Assembly: GCA_963744145.1 (NCBI GenBank)
Contig: CAVUSO010000001.1
Span: 4,608,001-4,672,000 of the forward strand
Length of the DNA stretch: 64,000 nucleotides
Direction: 5' to 3'
Origin: an uncultured cyanobacterium
GTDB lineage: Bacteria; Cyanobacteriota; Cyanobacteriia; Cyanobacteriales; CAWUOF01
Position numbers and translations under genes: made by a program. Shown piece by piece: positions 42,591 through 53,700 of the stretch; the stretch's first letter is position 1, and every line of letters starts with the position of its first letter. A model generated the notes under the pieces. It made no database searches. It worked only from the letters and a program-made list of their open reading frames with translations, and had not been told where the DNA came from.

Positions 42591-43490
42591 TCACTTTTGA
42601 CCAATAATTTTATCAAAGAAATTAAATACAGCAGGTAATTGTCCACTCCAGAAGGTATAATTATGTCCAGCATCTGGAACTGGATGATATTCTACTTGAA
42701 GTCCACTATGACTTTTGATTAAAGCTTGATAGAACAAACGACTTTGGGATTCAGGTACAATATCATCAGCAATACCGTGGGCAAGATATAAGGGTATAGT
42801 CCATTCTGATACCCGTGACATAGGATTATCACGTCCTAACCATCTTTCGCGAAAACTCTCATAAGAACCATAAACACCAGTCATTAAGCGATCGTCAGGA
42901 GTATTTTCTTGACTAAAATCTCCCGAAAGACTAGCACCAGCAACAAATAATCCAGGATTTTCTAAAGCTACTAAAGCTACTCCTCGACCACCAGTAGAAA
43001 GTCCTAGTAAGGTATTATTAGATCCAGGAGTTAGGAGATGATGTCTAGTTTGAATCGTGGGAATAAAACGCTCTTTCATAAATTTACCACCCGGAACTTG
43101 ATTCCATTTCAGATTAGTTTCCGGATAGTAAGAGCTTTCATATAGAGTTTGCAACATTTCTGGTAAAATTAGAGCATATCCATATTGATCTGCTTTGGTC
43201 ACCAGGTCAGAATTTTCGATCCAACTAGTACGAGGAAAATTCCAACCGGGTAGAACTAAAATTGAGCGATCGCGGTAATTTTTGGGAATATAGAGATCAT
43301 AAGGAACATCGTCTACCATTAAATTTTTCTGCCAACCTGGATTAACTGTGATAATTTTTGGTGCTGGAGCAGGAGTAAGGATATTTTCGGAATTGGTCAA
43401 CTGAGGTGGTTGAGGATTTTGAGCAGAACAGCTTGGCATAAATAGAAAAAACAAGCAAAATAGAAATATGATCTGCATATTTTTCAACAA
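42591..43490 (-). CDS. Lipoprotein-like alpha/beta hydrolase (esterase / S9-like)
   Basis: Signal-like N-terminus with Cys; GLSTGG; HGIADDIVP; AGHN. Confidence 0.82.
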   Translation of the reverse strand: MLKNMQIIFLFCLFFLFMPSCSAQNPQPPQLTNSENILTPAPAPKIITVNPGWQKNLMVDDVPYDLYIPKNYRDRSILVLPGWNFPRTSWIENSDLVTKADQYGYALILPEMLQTLYESSYYPETNLKWNQVPGGKFMKERFIPTIQTRHHLLTPGSNNTLLGLSTGGRGVALVALENPGLFVAGASLSGDFSQENTPDDRLMTGVYGSYESFRERWLGRDNPMSRVSEWTIPLYLAHGIADDIVPESQSRLFYQALIKSHSGLQVEYHPVPDAGHNYTFWSGQLPAVFNFFDKIIGQK

Positions 43491-43540
43491 TTGGGTCCGA
43501 TCACTCTTTACTTAATTAATAGAATTGCTGAATTATAACT

Positions 43541-43653
43541 CAATACAGTTCAGTTAAGATATTTTGAGATATCGGCGAAGAAGGGCGAAGCATTCGGATA
43601 TAATATTAACGGGTTTAAGCTATAAATTGTCGCCCGAATGCTTCGCCCCTACA
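43541..43653. repeat. REPIN/MITE-like hairpin element
   Basis: CAATACAGTTCAGTTAAG end plus GGGCGAAGCATTCGG...CCGAATGCTTCGCCCCTAC stem; homologous to 45947-46020 in inverted orientation. Confidence 0.8.
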
Positions 43654-43664
43654 AGAGGTAATTT

Positions 43665-44054
43665 ATGTCAAACCAACCTGAGCATCATCGAGGTGTACTA
43701 TGTGCTTTTTTGGGAATAACTTTGATTAATTTTATTATGGGGGTGATTTTTTTATTAATTTGGCAAAATAATTTAATCGTTATTTTTCCTTCTCTCGATA
43801 ACTTAGTGACTAGATGTGCTGATCAGTCGATGTATCAGGTAGGATTTACCAATAGTATAAATACAATTTCTTTAGGGTTTGGTAGTATTTCTTTTGGACA
43901 ATTAATTTATGTAGTCCCCTTAATTTGGTGGACAAAAAACGCAGCAAGATATGGTTGGATGAAAGGAATTATCATGGGTGCGTCATTAACAGCTTCAATC
44001 ACTGGTAATTGTTTTATTATGGCAATTACTTGTCATCAATATCCTGGAAAATAA
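43665..44054 (+). CDS. Hypothetical membrane protein
   Basis: GAGG upstream of ATG; 3 hydrophobic segments. Confidence 0.65.
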   Translation: MSNQPEHHRGVLCAFLGITLINFIMGVIFLLIWQNNLIVIFPSLDNLVTRCADQSMYQVGFTNSINTISLGFGSISFGQLIYVVPLIWWTKNAARYGWMKGIIMGASLTASITGNCFIMAITCHQYPGK

Positions 44055-44069
44055 TCAAGCGATCGCTAA

Positions 44070-45320
44070 CTAATAATCAAGTTCTTCCCATACTAATTGG
44101 GCTAGTTTTTGTGCTGCACCTGGTTTACCACGTACTGCAAGTAAGCGATCGCGCATCTGCTGTAATTTTTCTGGATGACTTAAATAATCAATTACCATTG
44201 TCGCGATTTCTGCTGGTTGCAATTTGCCCATTAATTCCGGTACAATTTCTGACCCTGCCCAAATATTTGGTCAAGCAAATAATTTGCCTTGTTTTAAGAC
44301 GAACCAGTTAATAATTTTCGCAAATATAGAGCCGAATCCGGGTAAATTTGCTAATAAACCAGGTAATCCATCCCAAGCACGCATCGCATCTAATTGGTGA
44401 GTAGATAATAGCACAATCATTGGTATTCCCAGAGAACCTAATTCAGCCGTATTAGCTCCGACAGTGGTAATACAAAGATGACATTGAGATAATAAATGAT
44501 AAGCAGGGGTTTGAGTCCATAATTCTATTTGTAAACCACTTGAGGTTTGGAAATAAGGTGTTTGGGTGTTAGTAATTAGTTCTGCTGTTACTCCACCAAA
44601 TAGCGCAATGAGGGGATTATAATTAGCATCAGCAAATCTGGCTAAAGTTGGCAAATCTAAAGTAGCAGCAACAGGAATAGCAAAAGTAGTTTGAGGACGC
44701 TGATGATGAATATGTGCAGCGATCGCTAGACATAAAGGTACTCCCTGCCATAATTTAGCAGGTTTTGATCCGACTAATAAGCCAATTAGTTCTGGTGTGG
44801 GTTGTTCTAAATTGTTGGAATGAGCGATCGCACCGACTTCTGCCATTAAATCACCGACAACTGTGAATTTATTAGCATATTTTGGGTGAGTGTGAGCAAT
44901 AATTTCTGGTTTCATCACTCCAAACCGATCAATCCATCGCTCCCAACGAGCATCCCATTCAGCATAAACGACAGTACGATAACCTAAACGTTTACCAATT
45001 ACTACTGTAAAAAATTGATCTCCACCGAGAAAAATTACCACTCCACGACTGGACCAATCCCAGTTTTCCTGAGTTTTTCCAGAAAGTAAAAATTGCCAAA
45101 AATGCTCGGGTGCTTGGACTCGATCGATTGCTGGATTAGATTTAGCGATCGCAACTTCCTGACCAGTCGCGTGGGGACAGGGAGAGAGGATGAGGGAAAT
45201 TCGGACTTGTGATCGGTCATCACCAAATTTTTCCCGTAATGCAATTGTGACGGGACGAACCCAAGTATTCAATTCTCCCGGACCATTAGAAAGAATTAAA
45301 AGATCAACTGTTTGGATCAT
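44070..45320 (-). pseudogene. Lipid-A-disaccharide synthase (LpxB)-like GT-B protein with an in-frame TGA at 44271-44273
   Basis: LILSNGPGE, GGDQF, GANTAEL. The frame continues past the stop: ...GKLFA*PNIWAGSEIVPELMG...VRGKPGAAQKLA...LDY, TAG at 44070-44072. The stop may be a sequencing artefact. Confidence 0.75.
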
Positions 45321-45396
45321 CAGAAAATTTTGTATTTTAGATTTTAGTGTCGCTGATCGCGATCCCCAGAACTAGAATATCGGAGAATTCCAAATT

Positions 45397-45877
45397 ATGA
45401 CAAATTTAATCAATGCTGCTCAAACTGGTGATATTTCCCAGGTCAAAGATTTACTAGATACTGGTAGCGATGTCAATGAAAAAAATGAAGAGGGTGTCTG
45501 TGCTTTGACTACATCAGCGGAAGCGGGATATACAGATCTAGTAAAAATCCTGTTAGCTCATGGTGCTGATGTGAATAGTCAAGATCAGGATGGATGGACA
45601 GCATTAATGAGTGCTGCGGCTGCGGGTCATCTGGAAATAGTGGAATTATTACTAAATCAAGGTGCAGATGTCAATGCTAAAACTAATTTTGGCATTACAC
45701 CCTTAATGAGCGCCGCAGGTACTGGTCAGGTGAAAATTGTGGAAGTTTTACTCAATCAAGGAGCTGATCTGAAGGTCTAAAGATAATAATAATTGGACGG
45801 CTTTTATTTGGGCATCCGAAGAAGGTCATACTCCTGTGATGGAATTGATCAAAAAAGTACGTGATCAGTCAGCTTAG
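45397..45877 (+). pseudogene. Ankyrin repeat protein with a +1 frameshift at about 45776-45778
   Basis: GWTALMSAAAAGH and GITPLMSAAGTG repeats; the last repeat (KDNNNWTAFIWASEEGHTPVMELI) continues in the +1 frame to TAG at 45877. Confidence 0.8.
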
Positions 45878-45934
45878 TTGAGCAAAAAATTTTCTGTCTT
45901 CTGACTGTAACTCATCCCAAAAAACACCGCTATA

Positions 45935-46163
45935 AGTTCAGTTAAGTGTAGGGGTGAAGCATTCGGGCGACAATTAAACAATCAAAGGAGTAATATTAGA
46001 TCCGAATGCTTCACCCTTCTTTTTCTGCACCGAGATGTCTATATAGTTGATCTGTTGGCTTCATCAGTGGTGAGGGTAAAGCATTTCGGTAATATTATTC
46101 TTCGTTTAAGCAATTATTTACTTGCCGAAATGCTTTACCCCTACAGTTAACTGAACTGTATTG
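45935..46163. repeat. Composite REPIN/MITE-like element with two long hairpins inside terminal inverted repeats
   Basis: AGTTCAGTTAA...TTAACTGAACT ends; stems GGGTGAAGCATTCGG/CCGAATGCTTCACCC and GGGTAAAGCATTTCGG/CCGAAATGCTTTACCC. Confidence 0.82.
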
Positions 46164-46249
46164 CTTCATAGATTGGTTTGGCGATCGCGTGCTAAATAGG
46201 GAATAGTGGCAATCCTTGGGGAAATAGTGCAAAAGTGTGAGGATATGAA

Positions 46250-48367
46250 TTATAATCGTGGTGATTGACCCTTGTTGTTTAAGTATTTGGAAATATCCTT
46301 AAGTAAAGTAGTTGGATAGTATTTGATTAACGCTTTAATGCCATACAACCAAAAACAAAAATTAATCAGATTATAAGCGGCATTAACCCATTCTTTAGAA
46401 TAAACAGATCTCAAAAATGCGATCGCTGAATATAAACAAAATCCATAGTCAACTAAGATAAAAAATAGAGGAGCCTGAGTGATATATTTTACTTTTGGTG
46501 TTCTTCTAAATTCAGTATGTTTACCAGTCAATATCTGTCGGACTGACTGAAGCAAACCACTTATATTTACCGGCAATAGAATTAAATTTAAAGCAAATAT
46601 TCCCATTAGATCGGTTTTTTTGTAATTCATATATTGGAGGTCTCGCATATATAAATAATAATAGGGAATGAATAAAATGAATGAAGCAGAAAGAATCACA
46701 ATTTTCTCCTGTCCCAGAGGATATAATAATAAAATAAGTATTGCCAAATAAAATATAGAAGAAGTCAAGTAATAAATTCTCAGAAATCCTTGATAAAATA
46801 CTTGAGCTTTTTTTGGTCTTGAAATCAGGAATTTAAGCAACTTGGGCAAGATAATTAGACCTCCGTTTGCCCATCTTTGTCTTTGAATCCCAAGCGAACC
46901 AAAATCAGGTGGTGTGGCACTATAAGATAAGGTGTCAAGATAACTGTATAGCTGCCATCCTTTAGTAATAAGGTCTATCGTTGATTCCGTATCTTCAATT
47001 ACCGTTTCATCTTGGATATATACATTTGTGTTAAAACCTCTTTCTTTGCGGGTTGTCATAATACTATGCAAAGCTTTTTTTCTTACCATTGCATTTGCTC
47101 CAATCCAATAAGTTGCATGGTATAGTGTCGAACCTTGGTGCATAAAACGTTGTACATCGGTAGTTGCAGAAGCTATTCTTTCCAAAAAGCTGGAAGGATT
47201 TGGATAAGCACTGTAAGGAGTTTGAGCAACAGCAAATTTTTCACCTTCTGCTTGCTCCATAAGATAAGCCAATGTTTTGGTATATTCAGGTAAAATAATA
47301 CTGTCAGCATCTAGAATGATAATGTAGTCAGCGTCAGAAATTACTAAGTTACCATTTTGATCATTAACAAGATGTAATCCTTCCTCTGTTTCTATCTGGT
47401 TGAATGTTTCTCCCATTAAGGAAATATAAGTATTTAGATTCATCGCTTTGTTACTTTTGTGAGATAAATTATGATACCTTTTTCTCTCAAAGCTTGATAA
47501 TTCAACTTGAAAAATGCTAACTAGTTTTTGGTAAATTATCTTAATTTTTGCGGAGTTAATTAAATTCAATTCTTCTTCATTTTTTAATGAATAATAAATA
47601 TTTAGCATGTATTTATACTGAGCAATAAAAACCTTTTCTAACATTAGGTCTTCAGTATGATCCTGTGGTTGGTAATGATCCGCTTGTTCTTTAAACCAGA
47701 TGGCAATGCTTTGAAGTAAATCTGTAATTATCTCTATTTCTTTAATTATATCAAAATTATCTTCCTCTTTTTTTTTCAGAAAATTATTATATTTTTTATT
47801 AATTTTTTTAAATATGGGAGTTAGTAAATCTTGAATTTCTTTGGGAGCTTGGCGCGTCGCTATTAAGAGATTAATGTCATCAATATCTTGAGGATTGGGA
47901 GGGTTATCGATGAGGAGAACTATCTTCTTATTAGGATATTCTTGTAATGCTGCTGAGAATAAAGTCTGCTTGATAATTCTGGTATCTTCTTTATAGGATG
48001 GGATCAGGTAGCTTACTCTGGGAAGGTTGCTATTAGAGGAAAAATTATCAAGTTCTTCTTGCCCGATTTTACAAAAGTTTATTTTTCTTTTCCAATATCC
48101 TAAACGACAGATAAAATAGGCTAAGGTTCCATAAAAAAAGAAAAGTAAGATTAAGATAAATATAGCTTGAGTAAAGGTTTCATAATATTTTATTTTAATT
48201 ATTTTGTTAGCAATTCCATTGAACAAATAAAGCAACAAACCTAGGGAAGTTATTATTGTTACTACGATCGCCATGTAGGTTTGAAATATTTCTTTATTTA
48301 TCTGAGATATTTTTCGATTATTTTTCATGTCAATGAGCCAAATATTTTCACCTAAAATATAATTCAT
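46250..48367 (-). CDS. Processive GT2 glycosyltransferase (cellulose-synthase-like), membrane-bound
   Basis: LIPSYKE, KAMNLN, ILDADS, QTPY, IEDT, QRQRWANG; N- and C-terminal TMs; start codon uncertain. Confidence 0.88.
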   Translation of the reverse strand: MNYILGENIWLIDMKNNRKISQINKEIFQTYMAIVVTIITSLGLLLYLFNGIANKIIKIKYYETFTQAIFILILLFFFYGTLAYFICRLGYWKRKINFCKIGQEELDNFSSNSNLPRVSYLIPSYKEDTRIIKQTLFSAALQEYPNKKIVLLIDNPPNPQDIDDINLLIATRQAPKEIQDLLTPIFKKINKKYNNFLKKKEEDNFDIIKEIEIITDLLQSIAIWFKEQADHYQPQDHTEDLMLEKVFIAQYKYMLNIYYSLKNEEELNLINSAKIKIIYQKLVSIFQVELSSFERKRYHNLSHKSNKAMNLNTYISLMGETFNQIETEEGLHLVNDQNGNLVISDADYIIILDADSIILPEYTKTLAYLMEQAEGEKFAVAQTPYSAYPNPSSFLERIASATTDVQRFMHQGSTLYHATYWIGANAMVRKKALHSIMTTRKERGFNTNVYIQDETVIEDTESTIDLITKGWQLYSYLDTLSYSATPPDFGSLGIQRQRWANGGLIILPKLLKFLISRPKKAQVFYQGFLRIYYLTSSIFYLAILILLLYPLGQEKIVILSASFILFIPYYYLYMRDLQYMNYKKTDLMGIFALNLILLPVNISGLLQSVRQILTGKHTEFRRTPKVKYITQAPLFFILVDYGFCLYSAIAFLRSVYSKEWVNAAYNLINFCFWLYGIKALIKYYPTTLLKDISKYLNNKGQSPRL

Positions 48368-48403
48368 CTTAGGAGAAGTTTTTTCGTAAATTATATAGAT
48401 ATA

Positions 48404-49189
48404 CTATTCGTTGATGGCTGAGTTACTTACTAAGTAATAAGTACCAAAAGCAGCTCCTATTCCCAATACTGCGGGAGCAGCTACTGCTGTACCGATAATA
48501 GCAGCTATCCCACCACTAACTACAGTCGCAGCTATAGTACCACCAACACCTCCTACTAAAGAAGCAATTTGTGCTGCTGTCCTGGCATTTTTTCTTGCTT
48601 CACGTTCATCTGTAGATAAATGGTGTTGATCCTCGAATATTACACCTACGATGATATCAGTTACTAATCCACTCGCCAAACCTGCTATTCCCGCAATACT
48701 ACCAGCGGTACGACAAGCTACTACTGCACCGACAACAGGAGTTTCTTTTACACCAATATTTACTATTGTTCTCACCACAGGAGTCAGAGATTTAATTGCA
48801 GTTTCAGTGACAACTGAAGTTGCTACTTCCGCGACTACCTTGGTCGCGATCGCGACAGGTACATGATCAATTGGACTTTTGACTGGTTCATTTTTAGTTT
48901 GACCAGTTTTACACCAATAGGCAAAATTTTCGGAATTGTGATTGAACAGGTCATCACCTGGTTGATTTAACTTACTTTCGGCTCGCATTACTACTGTATC
49001 TGCGGCATCATAATATTCATATTTTTTGCGGTAGACTGTATTTTTATTGGCAAAATCAGCGATCGCTACCCGCGTAATTTTTCGGTTTTGTTGGTTAGTT
49101 TCATAATGGATAACACTACCATCACCGCTATCTATGCCATGATGAGTAAATCCAGGATAACAAACGTAAATATGATCTCCTTTTGCCAT
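48404..49189 (-). CDS. LRAT/NC-domain protein with degenerate catalytic motif and Gly/Ala-rich hydrophobic C-terminus
   Basis: MAKGDHIYV...HHGIDSGDGSVIHY...VVMRAESKL...NSENFAYWCKTG (family motif NCEHF). Confidence 0.82.
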   Translation of the reverse strand: MAKGDHIYVCYPGFTHHGIDSGDGSVIHYETNQQNRKITRVAIADFANKNTVYRKKYEYYDAADTVVMRAESKLNQPGDDLFNHNSENFAYWCKTGQTKNEPVKSPIDHVPVAIATKVVAEVATSVVTETAIKSLTPVVRTIVNIGVKETPVVGAVVACRTAGSIAGIAGLASGLVTDIIVGVIFEDQHHLSTDEREARKNARTAAQIASLVGGVGGTIAATVVSGGIAAIIGTAVAAPAVLGIGAAFGTYYLVSNSAINE

Positions 49190-49659
49190 AATTTTCCTAG
49201 TCTTTGTTTAGTTTTTCACTATTAACCAGAGCAAAATCGAACTAAGTAGGTCAATTTACTAAAAATTGTTACAAATAATATCACCTACAAAAAAAATTCG
49301 TAAGTTTGGTTAGATGTCCAACTAAACTCCTAAATTTAAGTTTTATGAGGAATTTGGAACTTATCTTTACTTTTAATGGTATAATAAGCGACTTTTGTAA
49401 TTAAGTCAAGAAAATCATATCTGAGTATTCCTACTTAATCTAAATCATAAAAAATTTTTATAAAAATATATTAATAAATTGGATTTTATGAGTATTTAAT
49501 CAGGAAAATATGAAGAAATATGGAGGAATATGTCCATTTTCTGATCAAATTGTGTCAGATCACGGCCAAAACACCCATTTAAGGGGCGTTTTCTGGTAAA
49601 AAATACTTATATTCCCTTAAAAAAAGCTAAGAACGCGCATCTAAAGGAGTTTAAGAAGC

Positions 49660-52600
49660 ATGTTCACTCACGTCAAGCCCACCATTCGTCACATTGCCCC
49701 AGATGACCTCCGGGGGCGATCGCTTCTCCAGGTGGTCTATGTCGTGCTAGAAGCCCAGTATCAGAGTGCCCTATCCGGGGCAGTTCGCTCGATTAATCAA
49801 AATAATCCCAATATAGCCATTGATCTCAAAGGATATTTAATCGAGGAACTGCGGCATCCTGAAAACTATGAGGACTTCAAGCGAGATATTGCAAGTGCCA
49901 ATATATTTATCGCGTCCCTAATTTTCATTGAAGATTTAGCAGATAAACTGGTAGAAGCAGTAGAACCACACCGGGAACACCTTGATGTTGCTGTAGTATT
50001 TCCATCGATGCCCCAAGTGATGCGTCTCAATAAAATGGGTAGTTTTTCGATGGCTCAATTAGGTCAATCGAAAAGCGCGATCGCCCAGTTTATGCGGAAG
50101 CGGAAGGAAAAATCAGGTTCTGGTTTCCAAGATGGAATGCTCAAGCTCCTCCAAACCTTGCCCAAAGTCCTGAAATATCTTCCTATGGATAAAGCTCAGG
50201 ATGCTCGGAATTTTATGCTGAGTTTCCAATATTGGTTAGGTGGTTCCCAAGAAAATCTGGAAAACTTCCTGCTGATGTTAGCAGATAAATATGTTTTCAA
50301 AGGTAATAAACTCAGTTTTCAAGAACCAGTCGTTTACCCAGATATGGGAATTTGGCATCCTTTAGCATCCCAAATGTTTGAAGATGTTAAAGAATATCTG
50401 AATTGGTATAACAGTCGTCAAGATATTTCTGATGATCTCAAAGACCCCCTAGCACCTTGTATTGGGTTAGTATTACAACGGACTCACCTAGTTACCCGTG
50501 ATGATGCTCACTATGTAGCAATGGTGCAGGAAATCGAAGCAATGGGAGCGCGGGTAATTCCAGTTTTTGCTGGTGGGTTAGATTTTTCCAAACCAGTAGA
50601 TGCTTTCTTTTATGATGCGGTTAGCAAAGTACCAAATAGCATCGTTGATACGGTAGTTTCTTTGACTGGATTTGCGCTAGTTGGTGGACCTGCACGTCAA
50701 GATCATCCCAAAGCGATCGAGTCTTTGAAAAGATTAAATCGCCCCTACATGGTAGCCTTACCTTTGGTATTTCAAACTACGGAAGAATGGCAAGATAGTG
50801 ATTTAGGGTTACACCCGATTCAAGTAGCTCTGCAAATAGCAATTCCAGAATTAGATGGATCGATCGAGCCAATTATTTTATCAGGAAGAGATGGTGCTAC
50901 AGGAAAAGCGATCGCGCTCCAAGATCGAATTGAAGCAGTAGCTCAACGCGCTCTCAAATGGGCAAATCTCCGTCGTAAACCGAAACTAGATAAAAAAATC
51001 GCCATTACGATCTTTAGTTTCCCACCCGATAAAGGTAATGTTGGTACTGCTGCATATTTAGATGTTTTTGGTTCCATCTATAAAGTGATGGAAGCTCTCA
51101 AAAACAATGGTTATGATGTGCAAGATTTACCCGAATCTAGTGCAGCATTGATGCAAGAAGTAATCCATGATGCTACTGCTCAATATGCTACTCCAGAATT
51201 AAATATTGCCTATCGAATGTCAGTCGCAGAATATGAACAACTGACACCCTATTCTACCCGATTAGAGGAAAACTGGGGGGCACCTCCGGGACATTTGAAT
51301 AGTGATGGACAAAATTTGCTAATTTATGGTAAACAATTCGGGAATGTGTTTATCGGAGTTCAACCAACTTTTGGTTATGAAGGTGATCCGATGAGGTTGC
51401 TCTTCTCCCGTTCTGCTAGTCCCCATCACGGTTTTGCTGCATACTATACCTATCTAGAGCGAATCTGGGATGCTGATGCGGTGCTACACTTTGGTACTCA
51501 TGGTTCCTTAGAATTTATGCCCGGTAAACAAATTGGAATGTCTGGAGATTGTTATCCAGATAGTTTAATTGGCAAAATTCCCAATCTCTATTATTATGCA
51601 GCCAATAATCCCTCAGAAGCAACTATTGCGAAACGTCGGAGTTATGCAGCGACTATTTCTTATCTAACTCCCCCAGCAGAAAATGCTGGTTTATATAAGG
51701 GTTTGCAGGAATTAAGCGAATTGATTAGTTCCTACCAAACTCTGAAAAATACCGGACGGGGAGTGCCGATCGTCAATACGATCATGGATAAATGTCGTTT
51801 GGTGAATTTAGATCAAGATATCAATTTGCCCGACCAAGATGCGATCGCGATGACTCCAGAAGAACGCGATCAAATCGTGGGACAAGTTTATCGACGATTG
51901 ATGGAAATTGAATCTCGTTTATTACCCTGTGGATTGCACGTTATTGGTAAACCACCAACTGCTGAAGAAGCGATCGCGACATTGGTAAATATTGCAGCAT
52001 TAGATCGTGAGGAAGAAGCAATTACTAGCTTACCTCGGATTATTGCTCAGAGCATTGGACGTAACATTGATGAGATTTATCAAAATAACGACAAAGGTGT
52101 TTTAGCTGATGTTGAGTTACTCCAAGATATCACAATGGCAACTCGCAGTGCTGTAGCTGCTTTAGTCAAAGAACAAACTGATGCTGATGGACGAGTTTCC
52201 CTAGTTTCTAAGCTCAATTTCTTCCACATGGGCAAAAAAGAGCCTTGGATTGAAGCTTTGCATACAGCAGGTTATAAAAAAGTCGATCCGGAACTAATTA
52301 AACCTCTGTTTGAATACTTGGAATTCTGTCTACAACAAGTCTGTGCTGATAATGAATTAGGGGCACTTTTGCGATCGCTCGAAGGTGAATATATTATCCC
52401 TGGACCGGGAGGAGATCCAATTCGGAATCCCGATGTGCTTCCCACTGGGAAAAATATGCACGCTCTCGATCCGCAATCAATTCCTACTGCGGCAGCAGTC
52501 AAATCAGCTAAGATTGTAGTAGATCGACTATTAGCGCGACAAAAAGCAGACAACGGTGGTAATTACCCAGAGACGATCGCTTGTGTACTGTGGGGAACAG

Positions 52601-53634
52601 ACAATATTAAAACCTACGGAGAATCCCTCGCGCAAATCATGTGGATGGTAGGAGTTAAACCAGTTCCCGATGCTTTAGGACGAGTGAATAAGTTAGAACT
52701 AATTTCCTTAGAAGAATTAGGAAGACCTCGGGTAGATGTGGTAATTAACTGTTCCGGTGTATTCCGTGACTTATTTATCAACCAGATGAATCTGTTAGAT
52801 AAAGCCGTAAAAATGGCAGCAGAAGCAGAAGAACCCCTGGAAATGAACTTTGTCCGCAAACACGCATTAAAACAAGCCGAAGAAATGGGCATTAATTTGC
52901 GCCAAGCAGCGACTCGGGTATTTTCTAATGCGTCTGGTTCCTATGCTTCTAACGTCAATTTAGCCGTAGAAAATAGCACTTGGGAAAAAGAATCAGAATT
53001 GCAGGAAATGTACCTAACTCGTAAATCTTTTGCTTTTTCCTCTGACAATCCGGGCACAATGGAACAGGATCGACAGATATTTGAATCAGCATTAAAAACC
53101 GCTGAAGTCACCTTCCAAAACTTAGATTCATCAGAAATTAGTTTAACGGATGTTTCCCACTATTTCGACTCTGATCCAACTAAAGTTGTCGCCACTTTGC
53201 GCGGAGATGGAAAAGCACCAGCAGCATTTATTGCAGATACAACCACAGCTAATGCTCAGGTAAGAACATTAACAGAAACCGTGCGTTTAGATGCACGGAC
53301 TAAGATGTTAAATCCCAAATGGTATGAGGGGATGTTGTCCCATGGTTATGAAGGAGTGCGGGAACTTTCCAAACGTCTCGTTAACACAATGGGATGGAGT
53401 GCAACTGCTGGTGCTGTTGATAATTGGGTGTATGAAGATGTGAATACTACCTTTATCAAAGATGAGGAAATGCAAAAGCGGTTAATGAACTTGAATCCTC
53501 ATTCGTTCCGAAAGATGGTCAGCACACTATTAGAAGTGAATGGTCGGGGTTATTGGGAGACTTCGGAGAATAATTTGGATCGCTTACGTCAATTATATCA
53601 GGAGGTAGAAGATCGGATTGAAGGAGTAGAATAG
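49660..53634 (+). CDS. chlH: Magnesium chelatase subunit H
   Basis: [12 protein letters not shown]-terminus, [27 protein letters not shown]; 1324 aa; AAGGAG SD. Confidence 0.98.
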   Translation: MFTHVKPTIRHIAPDDLRGRSLLQVVYVVLEAQYQSALSGAVRSINQNNPNIAIDLKGYLIEELRHPENYEDFKRDIASANIFIASLIFIEDLADKLVEAVEPHREHLDVAVVFPSMPQVMRLNKMGSFSMAQLGQSKSAIAQFMRKRKEKSGSGFQDGMLKLLQTLPKVLKYLPMDKAQDARNFMLSFQYWLGGSQENLENFLLMLADKYVFKGNKLSFQEPVVYPDMGIWHPLASQMFEDVKEYLNWYNSRQDISDDLKDPLAPCIGLVLQRTHLVTRDDAHYVAMVQEIEAMGARVIPVFAGGLDFSKPVDAFFYDAVSKVPNSIVDTVVSLTGFALVGGPARQDHPKAIESLKRLNRPYMVALPLVFQTTEEWQDSDLGLHPIQVALQIAIPELDGSIEPIILSGRDGATGKAIALQDRIEAVAQRALKWANLRRKPKLDKKIAITIFSFPPDKGNVGTAAYLDVFGSIYKVMEALKNNGYDVQDLPESSAALMQEVIHDATAQYATPELNIAYRMSVAEYEQLTPYSTRLEENWGAPPGHLNSDGQNLLIYGKQFGNVFIGVQPTFGYEGDPMRLLFSRSASPHHGFAAYYTYLERIWDADAVLHFGTHGSLEFMPGKQIGMSGDCYPDSLIGKIPNLYYYAANNPSEATIAKRRSYAATISYLTPPAENAGLYKGLQELSELISSYQTLKNTGRGVPIVNTIMDKCRLVNLDQDINLPDQDAIAMTPEERDQIVGQVYRRLMEIESRLLPCGLHVIGKPPTAEEAIATLVNIAALDREEEAITSLPRIIAQSIGRNIDEIYQNNDKGVLADVELLQDITMATRSAVAALVKEQTDADGRVSLVSKLNFFHMGKKEPWIEALHTAGYKKVDPELIKPLFEYLEFCLQQVCADNELGALLRSLEGEYIIPGPGGDPIRNPDVLPTGKNMHALDPQSIPTAAAVKSAKIVVDRLLARQKADNGGNYPETIACVLWGTDNIKTYGESLAQIMWMVGVKPVPDALGRVNKLELISLEELGRPRVDVVINCSGVFRDLFINQMNLLDKAVKMAAEAEEPLEMNFVRKHALKQAEEMGINLRQAATRVFSNASGSYASNVNLAVENSTWEKESELQEMYLTRKSFAFSSDNPGTMEQDRQIFESALKTAEVTFQNLDSSEISLTDVSHYFDSDPTKVVATLRGDGKAPAAFIADTTTANAQVRTLTETVRLDARTKMLNPKWYEGMLSHGYEGVRELSKRLVNTMGWSATAGAVDNWVYEDVNTTFIKDEEMQKRLMNLNPHSFRKMVSTLLEVNGRGYWETSENNLDRLRQLYQEVEDRIEGVE

Positions 53635-53646
53635 AGTTAAGTTGGA

Positions 53647-53673
53647 GTAGGGCAGGCAATATGCCTGCCTTTT
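53647..53673 (+). terminator. GTAG-type hairpin probably acting as chlH terminator
   Basis: GTAG-GGCAGGCA-ATA-TGCCTGCC-TTTT. Confidence 0.65.
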
Positions 53674-53700
53674 AAATATTAAGGAATTAAATCAAAAATT

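Noticed and set aside
44271..44273. TGA as selenocysteine or genetic code 4 recoding
   Set aside because: The context suggests Trp rather than Cys, and TGA ends other genes normally (e.g. 18716, 37393)
44009..44311. 100-aa plus-strand ORF
   Set aside because: Antisense shadow of the LpxB-like C-terminus that continues beyond the internal stop
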